64,000 nucleotides of DNA. Source: Chloroflexota bacterium (GTDB taxonomy: Bacteria > Chloroflexota > UBA11872 > VXOZ01). The notes beneath the pieces were generated by a model. It did not search any database. It worked only from the letters and a program-made list of their open reading frames with translations, and was not told the DNA's origin. The translations under genes were made by a program, and so were the position numbers. Location of the stretch: the NCBI GenBank assembly GCA_963663275.1, contig OY760183.1, positions 736,001-800,000 of the forward strand, given 5' to 3'. Below are positions 20,220 to 30,167 of this stretch, one piece after another; the first letter of the stretch is position 1; every line of letters starts with the position of its first letter.

Positions 20220-20500
20220 ATGCGCGGCCCGGCGGCGGCGCGTGGACGCCGGTACGAGGAGAGCGCGCCCCGGGCCGGCGGCTGCCGCTGCCATTCGGAT
20301 TGAATAGACGGGGGAAGCGGCCGCGTCGGCCTTGATTGGCTGGGGAACTGGCCGCGCGTGCGTCTCTTGCGTTCATTCGCTCCGGCAGCGCCCGCGGCCC
20401 CCGCGCTTCGACAGGCTCAGCGCGAACGGTCTTGGCAGTACATCCAATGACTGCTCTATTGAGAAAGTGCCTGCCCTAGCGAGAATACGGACTGCTATAG

Positions 20501-20770
20501 AAGACCTTTGCTGACCTTGCGGAGAGGCGAACAGTTCCCTCTCCTGGGGGAGAGGGTTAGGGTGAGGGGAGATTCTGCGGCGAGTCGTGCCCAAACCATG
20601 CGGAATGGAGCCGAGCCTACGAGGATTCCCCCTCACCCCGGCCCTCTCCCCTAGTGAGAGGGAGTTTCAGCGCGCCGACCGGGGTTACGCAAAGGTCTCC
20701 TCAGGGAGAAGGAGTTTCAATGCGCTGACTGGGGTTGCGCAAAGGTCTCTTGGGATTACGCAAAGGTCTC
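20501..20770. mobile_element. Composite MITE family A element with three tandem right ends and CCCTCTCCC-type hairpin cargo
   Basis: AAGACCTTTGC left end; GCAAAGGTCTC ends at 20699, 20749 and 20770; outer flanks TATAG/TTTAG. Confidence 0.75.
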
Positions 20771-20878
20771 TTTAGAGAGCAAAAAGAGAGCATCCGTTCG
20801 TCCTGAGCTTGTCGAAGGATGAACGGATGCTCTCTCTGAAGGCCATTTAGAGACTCGTGAAGCAACGGGCTTTGGCCG

Positions 20879-22084
20879 CTACTCGGTCGGCGCGCTGCCC
20901 AGCACCTTGTAGCCTTGGTTTTCCTCGGTCCGCTCCGCCACGGGCAGGATTTCCACCAACACGTTGGAGAGGCCCACGACCTCGCCCTTCTCGTCGAAGG
21001 TGTAGTCCACGCCGATGCCGCCGGTCCACGTGATGCCGTACAGGCAGTCACGTATGCCGTCGGCGTCCTGATCGTCGCCGGTCTGCTTCAGGCACTCGGC
21101 GGTGATGTAGACGGTGTCGTACGCCGAGGCCAAGTACCAAGAGAGCGAGACGTAGCCGTAGCGTTCCCGGAAGCTGGCCAGCACTTCCTGGCCTTTGGCG
21201 TTGTCCGGGGCAATATCCGGCAGGATGGCCTTCACGCCCGCGGCGGCGTCACCGGCGATTTCCAGGGCCGTGGAGCCAACGGGCACCAGGTCCGAGTAGA
21301 TTTGACCCTCGTAGCCCAACTCGCGCACCTGCTTGATGATGGTGCCGCCGGTGAACTCAGACTGGGCGGCAACCAGCAGCGCGTCGGGCTCTTCGCCCAG
21401 CAGCTTGGTCAGTTGGGTTCTGAAGTCGGTGGTATCGGAACTGTAGCGTTCCGCCCCCACCACCGTGCCGCCGCGCAGTTCGAATTGCGCCACGCTGGTG
21501 CGGCGCACGCCCTCGGCGTAGTCGGTGGACTCGGATATGGTCGCCAGCTTGCGCACGCCGTCGGCCCACATCACGTTGCCGGCGTCCACGCCAAGCTGGG
21601 CGTCGCTGATGGCCGTGCGGAAGATGTAGTCGCCGGCGTCGGCGATGTCGGGGTTCGTCGCCAGGCCGGAGAAGAGCACCACGCCGTCCGCTTCAGCCAG
21701 GGGCGCGGCCCCCAACATCGCGCCGCTGCACGAGGTGCCCAGCACGACTTTCACGCCGTCCACGTCGGTCAGCTTGTTATAAGCCGTAATCGCGTCTTGC
21801 GCGGAGCACTTGGAGTCCTCCACGATCAGTTCCAGCATACGGCCGTTCACGCCGCCGGCCGCGTTGATTTCGTCCACGGCCAACTGCTTGGCCTGCACCG
21901 CCACGTTGCCGTAGGTCTCACCCGGGCCGGTGAGCGACTCCATCACGCCCACCTTGTACGGCGGCAACTCTTCCGTCTCTGCGTCGGCGTCCGCGTCCCC
22001 GTCACCGCCGCAGGCGATGACCAACGAGGCCAGCAGCGCCAGTGCCGCAAGCAAGATGGCTCTCTTCCACAAAAGATTCCGCAT
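20879..22084 (-). CDS. Second branched-chain amino acid ABC substrate-binding lipoprotein
   Basis: Start MRNLLWKR at 22084 after GAGGAG; lipobox VIAC; close paralogue of 18942-20141. Confidence 0.92.
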   Translation of the reverse strand: MRNLLWKRAILLAALALLASLVIACGGDGDADADAETEELPPYKVGVMESLTGPGETYGNVAVQAKQLAVDEINAAGGVNGRMLELIVEDSKCSAQDAITAYNKLTDVDGVKVVLGTSCSGAMLGAAPLAEADGVVLFSGLATNPDIADAGDYIFRTAISDAQLGVDAGNVMWADGVRKLATISESTDYAEGVRRTSVAQFELRGGTVVGAERYSSDTTDFRTQLTKLLGEEPDALLVAAQSEFTGGTIIKQVRELGYEGQIYSDLVPVGSTALEIAGDAAAGVKAILPDIAPDNAKGQEVLASFRERYGYVSLSWYLASAYDTVYITAECLKQTGDDQDADGIRDCLYGITWTGGIGVDYTFDEKGEVVGLSNVLVEILPVAERTEENQGYKVLGSAPTE

Positions 22085-22129
22085 GGCATTCTCCTCTCTG
22101 AGGATGCGTCCGTTAGATATTTCAGGGAT

Positions 22130-22158
22130 ACAGTAGCATTTTCGCGTCAATCCCGCAA
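22130..22158 (-). promoter_or_regulatory. Putative sigma70 promoter TTGCGG-17-TACTGT with TGn extension
   Basis: Homologous to 20191-20219. Confidence 0.5.
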
Positions 22159-22412
22159 GTGGGCGCGATGGTTTGGCGCGCGCAAGCTCAACCATTCCAG
22201 TTCCCGTGTTTCCACCAGTTCTCCCTATTGCTGCGCCAACGCCGCGCCCGCCGGTGATCAGTATCGACGAGAATGACGCGAGAGCGCCTGCCCCAAGCCG
22301 TTCTGGAGAAAGTGGGGAGCCAAGTCGCGGCACGGGTATGCGGTCTGCGCTACCGTTTGGGCGGGTGCTATACTGCCCAATGGAGACACCGTTTATCAAG
22401 GTAAGAGCGGCG

Positions 22413-23723
22413 ATGGATGAGAGAGAATCCCGGACTTCAATAGTAAGAGTGTGGGCCAAGAACTTCCGCAGCATCGAGCATGCCGTGTTGGAGTTGGGGC
22501 CGCTTACCGTGCTGGTGGGGCCCAACGCTTCAGGGAAGAGCAACCTGCTTGACGTTTTGGCCTTCCTCAGTGATGCGGCTCGCGACGGTCTGGAAACGGC
22601 GATAAACCGGCGTGGCGGCATCGACTCCATTGGCCGCAGGTCCGCAAACGGTAGAATACTGGGGCCTGAGATTGGCCTGGAATACAGGAGCGAAGAGGGA
22701 ACGCTCACGTACACCTTTGCCTTGATGCGGCGGCGCGAGGGTGAGTATCGCGTAAGGCATGAAACCGCCCGGCTGGAACCTTTCGATTCAGAAAGCAAGC
22801 CATCGGAAATCGCGATAGATAACGGCCGCATTATAAAGCCCAGAGTCAGGCGGGAATCTGGACTGACAGAGGAAGGCAGACAGTCGACGAGGGCCGCCGG
22901 CATGATTAACCAACTCATACCGGAGTCTGGCGGCAAGGACCTCCAACTGATTACTCCGGAACCCTCGCCGGTTTCGACCCTCTTGGCGGTCTTGTGGCCT
23001 CATTCAGGCCCATTCCAGGACAACCCCCTCTTCCGCTTGTATCGCAGGCTTACTACTGCGAGAGACGCCTTGGCCAAAATCGGACTCTACCACATCTTTC
23101 CCAACTCATTGCGAGACCCACAGAAGGTAGCGGACAGTTATCCCCTGGCGGTGGGCGGGGAAAATCTCGCGTCTATGCTGCGGGACATGATTCAGAGCAA
23201 GAGCCGCTTCCTCCCGGAATTGAAGAGCGCCCTGGCTTTCGCGGTACCGGGAGTAAGCGATATTCGAGTGGCCACTGCCGGTAGCTACTATGTCGTGGAA
23301 CTCAAGCACGAAAGAAATGATAGCGCTGAGAGAGGCGCCTGGTTCGATCTATCCCATGAGTCGGACGGTACCATCCGCTTGTTGGCCATGTTGGCGGCTC
23401 TGTTCCAGGATCCGGCGCCGCCGCTGATTTGCCTCGAGGAGCCTGAGTTGGCGATTCATCCCGGGGCGGTGGCGGTCCTGTCGGACACCATGGAGGAAGC
23501 CGCGCTGCGGGGGCAGGTGTTGGTGGCTACCCACAGCCCCGACCTAATCGATCGCCTGCCTATCGAGAGCGTCCGCGCGGTTACCGCCGAAGACGGCTCC
23601 ACAAAAGTGGGCTTCGTGGCCGATCATCAACTGAAGTCGGTGAGAGAGGACTTATTCTCGCCGGGAGAACTGCACAGCATGGAAGGGCTGCAGCCGGCAG
23701 CGCATGGAGACGAACCGGTTTGA
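22413..23723 (+). CDS. AAA_21/SMC-like ABC ATPase
   Basis: KNFRSI, GPNASGKSN (Walker A), ESDGT signature, ICLEEPELAIHP (Walker B/D-loop), ATHSP; start could be 22380. Confidence 0.9.
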   Translation: MDERESRTSIVRVWAKNFRSIEHAVLELGPLTVLVGPNASGKSNLLDVLAFLSDAARDGLETAINRRGGIDSIGRRSANGRILGPEIGLEYRSEEGTLTYTFALMRRREGEYRVRHETARLEPFDSESKPSEIAIDNGRIIKPRVRRESGLTEEGRQSTRAAGMINQLIPESGGKDLQLITPEPSPVSTLLAVLWPHSGPFQDNPLFRLYRRLTTARDALAKIGLYHIFPNSLRDPQKVADSYPLAVGGENLASMLRDMIQSKSRFLPELKSALAFAVPGVSDIRVATAGSYYVVELKHERNDSAERGAWFDLSHESDGTIRLLAMLAALFQDPAPPLICLEEPELAIHPGAVAVLSDTMEEAALRGQVLVATHSPDLIDRLPIESVRAVTAEDGSTKVGFVADHQLKSVREDLFSPGELHSMEGLQPAAHGDEPV

Positions 23724-24316
23724 GCTCAATTGTGCCTGTAGTCGAGGGCGATGGGGATGCTGCCGCCGTGCCCGGGTTGTTGCGACGGCTTCTCGTGGAG
23801 AAGTTCAACCGGTACGATATTCAAGTGGGCCAAGGCAGCCGCGGGGTGGTAAAGGCGAACGGCCGTCAGAAACTTGAAAACAGGCTGGATAGATTCCTCC
23901 GTCATGCGCAGAACAAGCCAGGGTGTGGAGCGATTCTGATTCTTGTGGATGCCGACGTTGACTGTCCGGTGACATTTGCCCGGCAGCTTTCCCAGCGGTG
24001 TCAGCAAATTGGCGCAAAATGCCCTGTGCAGGTCGTGTGCGCTCACAGGTCTTATGAGTCTTGGTTTCTGGCCAGCTTGGACACCATCAAAGGGCGCCAT
24101 GGCATTGCCGCATCGGCAACGCTATCCGGCCGCGTTGAAGATGAGTCCAGACCCAAGCGTTGGCTCAGCCGCCAAATGCCTCCCGGCCAGGCTTACAAGG
24201 AGACGACGCACCAAGCGTCGCTTACCCAGCACATAGACTTGGACTCGGCCTACCGGAACTCCCGCTCTTTCCGCAGGTTGTGCCACGCGCTTGAGCAACT
24301 TATGGACGCTATGTAG
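23720..24316 (+). CDS. DUF4276-like (TOPRIM-like) protein
   Basis: IVPVVEGDGD, LVDADVDCP, YESWFLA, SRSFRRL; TTG start overlaps the ATPase stop. Confidence 0.82.
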   Translation: MSSIVPVVEGDGDAAAVPGLLRRLLVEKFNRYDIQVGQGSRGVVKANGRQKLENRLDRFLRHAQNKPGCGAILILVDADVDCPVTFARQLSQRCQQIGAKCPVQVVCAHRSYESWFLASLDTIKGRHGIAASATLSGRVEDESRPKRWLSRQMPPGQAYKETTHQASLTQHIDLDSAYRNSRSFRRLCHALEQLMDAM

Positions 24317-24444
24317 GCGCCCTGGTCCAGGTGGACGAAGGATAGTTGGCTATGGTGAGGCAATTGCGCGGTTAAGGGTGTAACCTCCCTTGACGCATGG
24401 CGCGCAAGATCGGCCGTGGCTCCTTTTGCCCGCTCCTTGGACTC

Positions 24445-25245
24445 CTAGCCGCTGTACGCCGCCAGCAGTTCTTCCACGTGTGCGCGGACGTGGCTGCGGT
24501 CCGCGCTGCAGACGATGCACGTGATGGGGAAATCTCCGGTTTCGCGGAAGCGTTCGGCGTTGGGATAGTGGAAGTCGCCGGTGTGGGTCATGAACTGGCC
24601 CCACCAGCCGTAGGTATAGGCCGGGCCGGAGACTCTGGCGCTCGCGTCCCATTCAGGCGGAAAGAGCGACCGAAAGGGCGGGAAGTTGTTGATCCAACTG
24701 CCGCATTGAAGTAGCCGGAGGTCTGGGCGCTCCCGTTCCGCGTCGTCGAGCAGCTTGAGCAGCAGCCCCGCCAGCGCTGGCATGTCCCAGAAGGGCGAGC
24801 GCGGCTGCTCCACGTTGGTGAAGTGCAGATGGACTCTGTCTTCCCCGTAGTCGCGGCTAAACGAGCCGTAGGGCGTGGGCGGGATTACCTGTCCGGCGCC
24901 CTCCCAGAGGTTGCCTTTGCGTTCCCCTGCCAGGCGTTGTTCCATGGCGGGCAGCAGCAGCGCGTAGGCGGCTTCTTCCAGTGGCTCGGTAGTCGCGTCG
25001 GCGCGGTGGTGGTGAAAGAGCGCCTCCAACTGCCGCACCAGCGCGTCCCACGCAGGGTCGGCATGGCCGCTCGCCGGGTGGCGTTTCCCGTCCCAGAGGT
25101 GCGTGCGCCGGTAGATGTCCACGCGGGTGGTGATCAGTTCCGCGAAAGGCAGCCGCTCGGTCCGCAGCAGGCGATGCACGTACCAGATCTTGAGTTTCAC
25201 GCACTCGCGGTCGTAGTTGCGCCGGATCTCTAATCGCGTTGGCAT
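24445..25245 (-). CDS. Hypothetical protein, possibly acyltransferase/GNAT-C-like
   Basis: 266-aa ORF directly downstream of the oxidoreductase; VHLHF..CGSWINN weakly recalls GNAT_C; function uncertain. Confidence 0.65.
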   Translation of the reverse strand: MPTRLEIRRNYDRECVKLKIWYVHRLLRTERLPFAELITTRVDIYRRTHLWDGKRHPASGHADPAWDALVRQLEALFHHHRADATTEPLEEAAYALLLPAMEQRLAGERKGNLWEGAGQVIPPTPYGSFSRDYGEDRVHLHFTNVEQPRSPFWDMPALAGLLLKLLDDAERERPDLRLLQCGSWINNFPPFRSLFPPEWDASARVSGPAYTYGWWGQFMTHTGDFHYPNAERFRETGDFPITCIVCSADRSHVRAHVEELLAAYSG

Positions 25246-25257
25246 CGCTTCGCTTCT

Positions 25258-26235
25258 CTAGGCTTGCGGCGCTACGCTAACGGGCAGGCCCGTCTCGATT
25301 GACTGCCGCGCCGCTTCGATGAGCCGCATCGCCTCCACGCCGTCCTCGCCCGTCGCGAGCGGCGCGGCCTTGCCTGCCACGCAGTCCAGGAAGTGGCTGA
25401 TTTCCAGATAGAACCGGTCGTGGCCGCCGCGGTCGGTTTCCAGCCGCTCGGTGACGTGGTCCAGGCTGAAGCGGCTGCGGCCGGTCAGGAAGTCGATCAC
25501 AATCGCGCCGCGTTCACCGTAGATTTCCACGCGCTTCTCCCCATGGGGCGACGACCAACTTGCCTCCAGCGTGCCGACCACGCCGTCCACGCTTTCCGCC
25601 ATGAACGCCACGGTGTCCGTGCCGGGGATGTCCTGGGCGAGCGTGCCGCCCTTGGCGTAGATGTTCTTCATCTCCCCCACCAGGTGGCGGAAGAGGTCTA
25701 CGTAATGCTGGCCGGATTCCCACAGCAGGCCGCCGCCTTGCGCCGGGTCCGCCAGCCACGTGCCGGCCATGAGTTCCACGCCCCCGAAACGGAGACGAAG
25801 ATGGTGCAATGGCCCCAGCTTGCCGGCGTCCAGCCACTCCTTGGCTTTGGTTATCGGCGTATAGAAGCGGTTGCAGAAGGCGGTCAGGAGCAAGACGCGG
25901 GCGCGCCTGGCGGCGGCCACCATCGCCTCGCCCTCGGCCACGCTCATCGCCAGCGGCTTCTCGCAGAGCACGTGCAGGCCGCGCGCCGCCGCGTGCTCGG
26001 TAATTGCCCGGTGCGAGGGCGGCGGCGTGCAGATGCTCACGGCATGCAGTTCCTCAGCGCGCAGCAGATCCGCATAGTCGGTGTACGCCCGGGCGTCATA
26101 TTCCCGCGCGCGCGCCTCGGCGGCGGCCTGAAGCGGATCGGCCACGGCCACGATTCGCGCCCGTCCGCTCTTGGCGTAACTGCGCAGGTGTGAGTGCGAA
26201 ATGGCTCCACAACCGATGACGCCCACACGTATCAT
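25258..26235 (-). CDS. Gfo/Idh/MocA family oxidoreductase
   Basis: RVGVIGCGAI, HVLCEKPLA, GGGLLWESGQHYVD. Confidence 0.93.
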   Translation of the reverse strand: MIRVGVIGCGAISHSHLRSYAKSGRARIVAVADPLQAAAEARAREYDARAYTDYADLLRAEELHAVSICTPPPSHRAITEHAAARGLHVLCEKPLAMSVAEGEAMVAAARRARVLLLTAFCNRFYTPITKAKEWLDAGKLGPLHHLRLRFGGVELMAGTWLADPAQGGGLLWESGQHYVDLFRHLVGEMKNIYAKGGTLAQDIPGTDTVAFMAESVDGVVGTLEASWSSPHGEKRVEIYGERGAIVIDFLTGRSRFSLDHVTERLETDRGGHDRFYLEISHFLDCVAGKAAPLATGEDGVEAMRLIEAARQSIETGLPVSVAPQA

Positions 26236-26332
26236 GGTCTCTTCATTCCTCGGTGATGTCTTGGCTGCGCAATGAGCACGGAGCGGACGCTATCCCCAAT
26301 AGTGTCACATTAAGGCGGTGAGCTTTCAGCAG

Positions 26333-26551
26333 GAGACCTTTGCACAACCAGACCCGGCAGGCGAGAAGGCTCCCCCTCCCTGGGGAGAGGGCCGGGGTGA
26401 GGGGGAATGCCCGTCGGTTCCACTTCATTTCGCATGAATTGGGTATGAGTCACCGCACAATCTCCCCTCACCCTAACCCTCTCCCAGAGGGAGAGGGGAC
26501 AAGAGGCGCGCTGGGCTTCGACTGTTCCCTCTCCGGTTACGCAGATGCCTC
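26333..26551. mobile_element. MITE family A-like composite with CCCTCTCCC-type hairpin cargo
   Basis: GAGACCTTTGCACAAC left end; degenerate right end GTTACGCAGATGCCTC; internal part similar to 20530-20670 inverted and to 39670-39800; no clear TSD. Confidence 0.65.
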
Positions 26552-26566
26552 CTGCGGGAGAGGGAG

Positions 26567-27316
26567 TCAATGCTTCTTGCCGACCATGAGGCGGGTGAGC
26601 AAGCCGAATTGGCGGGAGTCGATGGCGAACGTCTCGCGAATGTCCGGCGGCGCGGCGCTGAAGAGCCTTCTCAGTTGGGCTACCGCGTCCGGCGGCGTCT
26701 GTTGGCGGGCCACCCAATCGTCGAACTCCAGCATCTTCAGCCAGGTGTGTTTCACGCCGAAGCTGAGGCCCGCCTCCCCAAAGAAGCCCTGCCATTCGCC
26801 TTGGCTCCACTCGCGCACGTGGGAAGGATCCCGCAGCACTTCCACCCGGTTGATCCAACGGTCCGCGGCCGGATCGTCCGGCGACGTATTGTCCACCACC
26901 AGGAGGCGCCCGTCCGGCGTAAGCACGCGGGCCGCTTCCCGCACAACCCGCGCCGGATTGTGGAAGTGGTGCGCCGTGTAGCGGCAGACTACCAGGGAGA
27001 AACTGGCGTCCGGGAAAGGCAGGCGCTCGGCGTTGCCCACGCTGGCGTGGAAGCCCGCTATGCCGCGTTCGCGGGCGTTGCGGCGGGCGGCTTGAAGCAT
27101 TTGCGGCGTGATGTCCAGGCCGACGACCAGGCGCGCGGCCGGCGCCAGCGCAAAGGCGGCGTGTCCCGCGCCGGTACCCAGATCCAGGGCGCGGGGGTGT
27201 GTATCCGGCCCGGCCTGCTCCAGCAGCCACGCCAGATCCTCGCCCTCCGCGAAGACCGCGCTCCGGCTGTAGGCTTCCGCCGCGCGGCCAAACTGTTTTT
27301 GAACTTGCTGATACAT
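26567..27316 (-). CDS. Class I SAM-dependent methyltransferase (UbiE/YafE-like)
   Basis: ALDLGTGAGH, AERLPFPDASFSLVVCRYTAHHF, LRDPSHVR. Confidence 0.92.
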   Translation of the reverse strand: MYQQVQKQFGRAAEAYSRSAVFAEGEDLAWLLEQAGPDTHPRALDLGTGAGHAAFALAPAARLVVGLDITPQMLQAARRNARERGIAGFHASVGNAERLPFPDASFSLVVCRYTAHHFHNPARVVREAARVLTPDGRLLVVDNTSPDDPAADRWINRVEVLRDPSHVREWSQGEWQGFFGEAGLSFGVKHTWLKMLEFDDWVARQQTPPDAVAQLRRLFSAAPPDIRETFAIDSRQFGLLTRLMVGKKH

Positions 27317-27647
27317 GGCTTCGATGCGCGTATTGCGCCTGTGCTGGGGCAGATGTTCCCGTGTGCGCTCGCTTGCGCCGCTCCAGTCCTAATGCGGAAC
27401 GGCGGCGCTCGCTTCCGCTCGCGGTGTGTGTAATGAAGCGGACAAAGGGGGTCAAGCTGTCTGCGGCAAAACTTCCATAACCCGCCTATCGCATAGTAAA
27501 GGATGCGCCCCGCGCGGGGCAACGGGAACATGACACTGGTTTGGCGCTATGCTAGAATCTTGGTACTGGTGAAGAGAAACACACGTCCTTTGCCGGGCCG
27601 CAGTGGTCGCATTGGCAGCAGCATGTCGTAAGAAGGAGTCACTCTTG

Positions 27648-28166
27648 ATGCAATGGCGTTTGCGCGTTCCCTTGGCGCTCGTCGCAATTGTGCTTTCGTT
27701 GACACTATTCAGCGCTTGTGGCGGTGAAGAGGAAGCAGCTTGGAGTTGGGATGAAGAACCGCCAACGCCGACACCTGCTATAAGTGAGACTACGACAGCG
27801 TCTGCCGGCCCCATTTGCGAACCGATACCGGACTGCATCGAGGTAACCGTGGACCTGAGTGTGGGCAATGCCGATGACGGCATGGAGTTGTTCGAGAAGA
27901 AGGGCTGCGTCGCCTGCCATAAGGTCGCGGAAGACGGTCCCGGCGGCGAAATTGGCCCGGTGCTCGCCGGCATTGGCGATCCCGTGGGCCGCCCGCAACT
28001 GGCGGCGAGCACGGGAGATGCGGAAGGCATTCCCAACACACCCGAAAATATCTGGCGCTGGGTGCAGTACCCGAACGACATCAAGCCCGGCACGGAAATG
28101 GCGCCCCAACCCCTCACTCCCCAAGAAGCCGCCGACCTGGTGGCCTATCTCCTGACGTTGAAGTAG
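27648..28166 (+). CDS. Mono-haem cytochrome c lipoprotein
   Basis: AAGGAG RBS; lipobox FSAC; GCVACH; KPGTEM axial Met; LVAYLLTLK. Confidence 0.88.
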   Translation: MQWRLRVPLALVAIVLSLTLFSACGGEEEAAWSWDEEPPTPTPAISETTTASAGPICEPIPDCIEVTVDLSVGNADDGMELFEKKGCVACHKVAEDGPGGEIGPVLAGIGDPVGRPQLAASTGDAEGIPNTPENIWRWVQYPNDIKPGTEMAPQPLTPQEAADLVAYLLTLK

Positions 28167-28230
28167 GGCGTGCTATTGGCCGGCGGCGGTCTCTGGGATG
28201 GCTTGCGGCGCGTCTTGGGAACCGCGGTCG

Positions 28231-28653
28231 ATGCGTAGGCGTGTCCGAATCGCCGTGTCCTTGGCCTTCGCCGCTCTCATGATCGGCGCGTTTGCCGCCT
28301 GCCTGCCCTGGGAGACGCGCGAGCCTGGGGCTCCCCGGCCGCTCCCCACCGCGCCGCCGGACCTGCTCAGCAGCGGCAATGCGGCGTGGGGCCGGGAGCT
28401 ATTCTCCAGCAGGGGCTGCGCCGCCTGCCACAGCGTCGGCGGCGAGGGCGGCAGCGCCGGCCCGGCGCTGGACGGCATCGGCAATCGCGCGGAGCGGCCC
28501 ACGCTGGCGGGGAACCTCGAGAATACGCCGGAGAACATCTGGCGCTGGATCACCAATCCGCGGGCGGTCAAACGCGACACCCTCATGGCCTCACAGCCGC
28601 TCAGCCCGCAGGAAGCCGCCGATTTGGTGGCATACCTGGTAACCTTGCGCTAG
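28231..28653 (+). CDS. Second mono-haem cytochrome c lipoprotein (tandem paralogue)
   Basis: Lipobox FAAC; GCAACH; NTPENIWRW..QEAADLVAYL shared with the upstream gene. Confidence 0.86.
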   Translation: MRRRVRIAVSLAFAALMIGAFAACLPWETREPGAPRPLPTAPPDLLSSGNAAWGRELFSSRGCAACHSVGGEGGSAGPALDGIGNRAERPTLAGNLENTPENIWRWITNPRAVKRDTLMASQPLSPQEAADLVAYLVTLR

Positions 28654-28782
28654 CGGGCAGCTAGCGCCGCGCCTGCGCGGCCTGCTCGTGTCAAGTCTTC
28701 TAAACTGTGGCGAGATTGGTGTACTATAGGGGTTGACGTGGTAAACGGTTTGGCAGTGGTATAGCGGGCAGAGAGGAATTGA

Positions 28783-28995
28783 GTGATGAATGTTGAAGCT
28801 CTATCGGACTGGGCGCCAATGATTATTGCCAGCGTTGCATTCGCTGGTTTGATTTGGAGGATAGCGCGCCTCGAAGGTCAGTATGATCACTTGGCGACAA
28901 AGGCTGACATTGCTCGTGTCGAAGGGAAAATCGATGGTGTTGAAAGGCTGATCGAGGGCTACTTCCTGCAAGCGAGCAAGAAAGAGTCGGAGTGA
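28783..28995 (+). CDS. Small membrane-anchored coiled-coil protein
   Basis: GAGG RBS; one TM helix then LATKADIARVEGKIDG (CCDC90/DUF1640-like motif). Confidence 0.72.
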   Translation: MMNVEALSDWAPMIIASVAFAGLIWRIARLEGQYDHLATKADIARVEGKIDGVERLIEGYFLQASKKESE

Positions 28996-29285
28996 TGGCC
29001 CGGATGCCGTCGGCCTTCAGCAAGATGATCGGGCTGATTTTGGCAATGCGGTCGGAGGACGTGGAGAACGCGCCAGGCCCCGATACGGCAGATGATCGCC
29101 GACCATCCGTAGTGCAGTGCTAGCTTGGATGACCGGCAACGAGTAGCACACCTCCAAGTAGGCGCGTCTACTTCGTCTGTTTGCCAACTAAGAATGTGGA
29201 ATTGCATACAGGGATGGCCGCCGCTCGCCGTCCCTGTAGCGCTTTAAGCCGGTCTGGGAAGCGTGTTGGAGGCTGAAGATCGCCT

Positions 29286-30167
29286 ATGGTCGTCTTCTGC
29301 TACGCCAAGCTCAACCTGACGCTCGAAATCCTCGGCAAGCGCGCCGACGGCTACCACGAGATCCGCTCGATGATGCAGACGATCGAGCTGGCCGACCGGC
29401 TGGAGGTGAAGGCGGCGCGGGAGCTTTCGTTCACTTGCTCCGACCCCGCGCTGTCCACGCCGGACAATCTTGTCTACCGCGCCGCGCGGCTGCTGCAAGC
29501 GGAGTGCGGCGCGCGTGCGGGAGCGGCACTGCGGCTACAGAAGCGCATACCGGCGGCGGCCGGCCTGGGCGGCGGCAGCAGCGACGCGGCCGGCACGCTC
29601 ATCGCCCTCAACCGCCTGTGGAACCTGCGACTCTCCTTGGGGGAACAACAGCGGCTGGCGGCGCGCCTGGGCTCGGACGTGCCGTTCTTCCTCACCGGCG
29701 GCGCGGCGCTCGCCTCCGGTCGCGGCGAACGCATTACGCCGCTGCCGCCGCTGCCGCGGCGCTGGGTCGTGCTCGTCCTGCCGCCCGGCGCGCTCAGCAC
29801 GGCGGCGGTCTATCGCGCCGTCACCCCGTCGGACTACACGTCAGGCGTCGCCACTGCGGACACCGTCGCCGCCGCCCAACGCGGCGCGCTCTCACCCCAG
29901 TCCCGCTGGCGCAACGCCCTCGTCCGCCCGGCCCGCGCGCTCGCGCCCCAAATCGCGGCGACGCAAAGCGCCGTGCTCCAGGCCGGCGCCCCCCACGCCC
30001 ACCTCTCCGGCAGCGGCCCCACGATATTTGCCGTGTGCCCAGAGGAGGCCGCGGCCCGCGCGCTCAGCGCCCGGCTCCGCGAACGAGGCTACGCTACGGA
30101 CGTCATCCCATTCGCGCAGGCCGGTTGGACGTACGGCGACGTGCGCCAGAAAACACGCACATGGTAA
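29286..30167 (+). CDS. ispE: 4-diphosphocytidyl-2-C-methyl-D-erythritol kinase
   Basis: AKLNLTLEILGKRADGYHEI, KRIPAAAGLGGGSSDAA, LGSDVPFF, LSGSGPT. Confidence 0.96.
   Translation: MVVFCYAKLNLTLEILGKRADGYHEIRSMMQTIELADRLEVKAARELSFTCSDPALSTPDNLVYRAARLLQAECGARAGAALRLQKRIPAAAGLGGGSSDAAGTLIALNRLWNLRLSLGEQQRLAARLGSDVPFFLTGGAALASGRGERITPLPPLPRRWVVLVLPPGALSTAAVYRAVTPSDYTSGVATADTVAAAQRGALSPQSRWRNALVRPARALAPQIAATQSAVLQAGAPHAHLSGSGPTIFAVCPEEAAARALSARLRERGYATDVIPFAQAGWTYGDVRQKTRTW

Noticed and set aside
22085-22936. 685-aa version of the second substrate-binding protein and 516-aa version of the ATPase
   Set aside because: The extensions overlap each other on opposite strands; the lipoprotein signal starts at 22084 and ATPase homology starts at about 22413.
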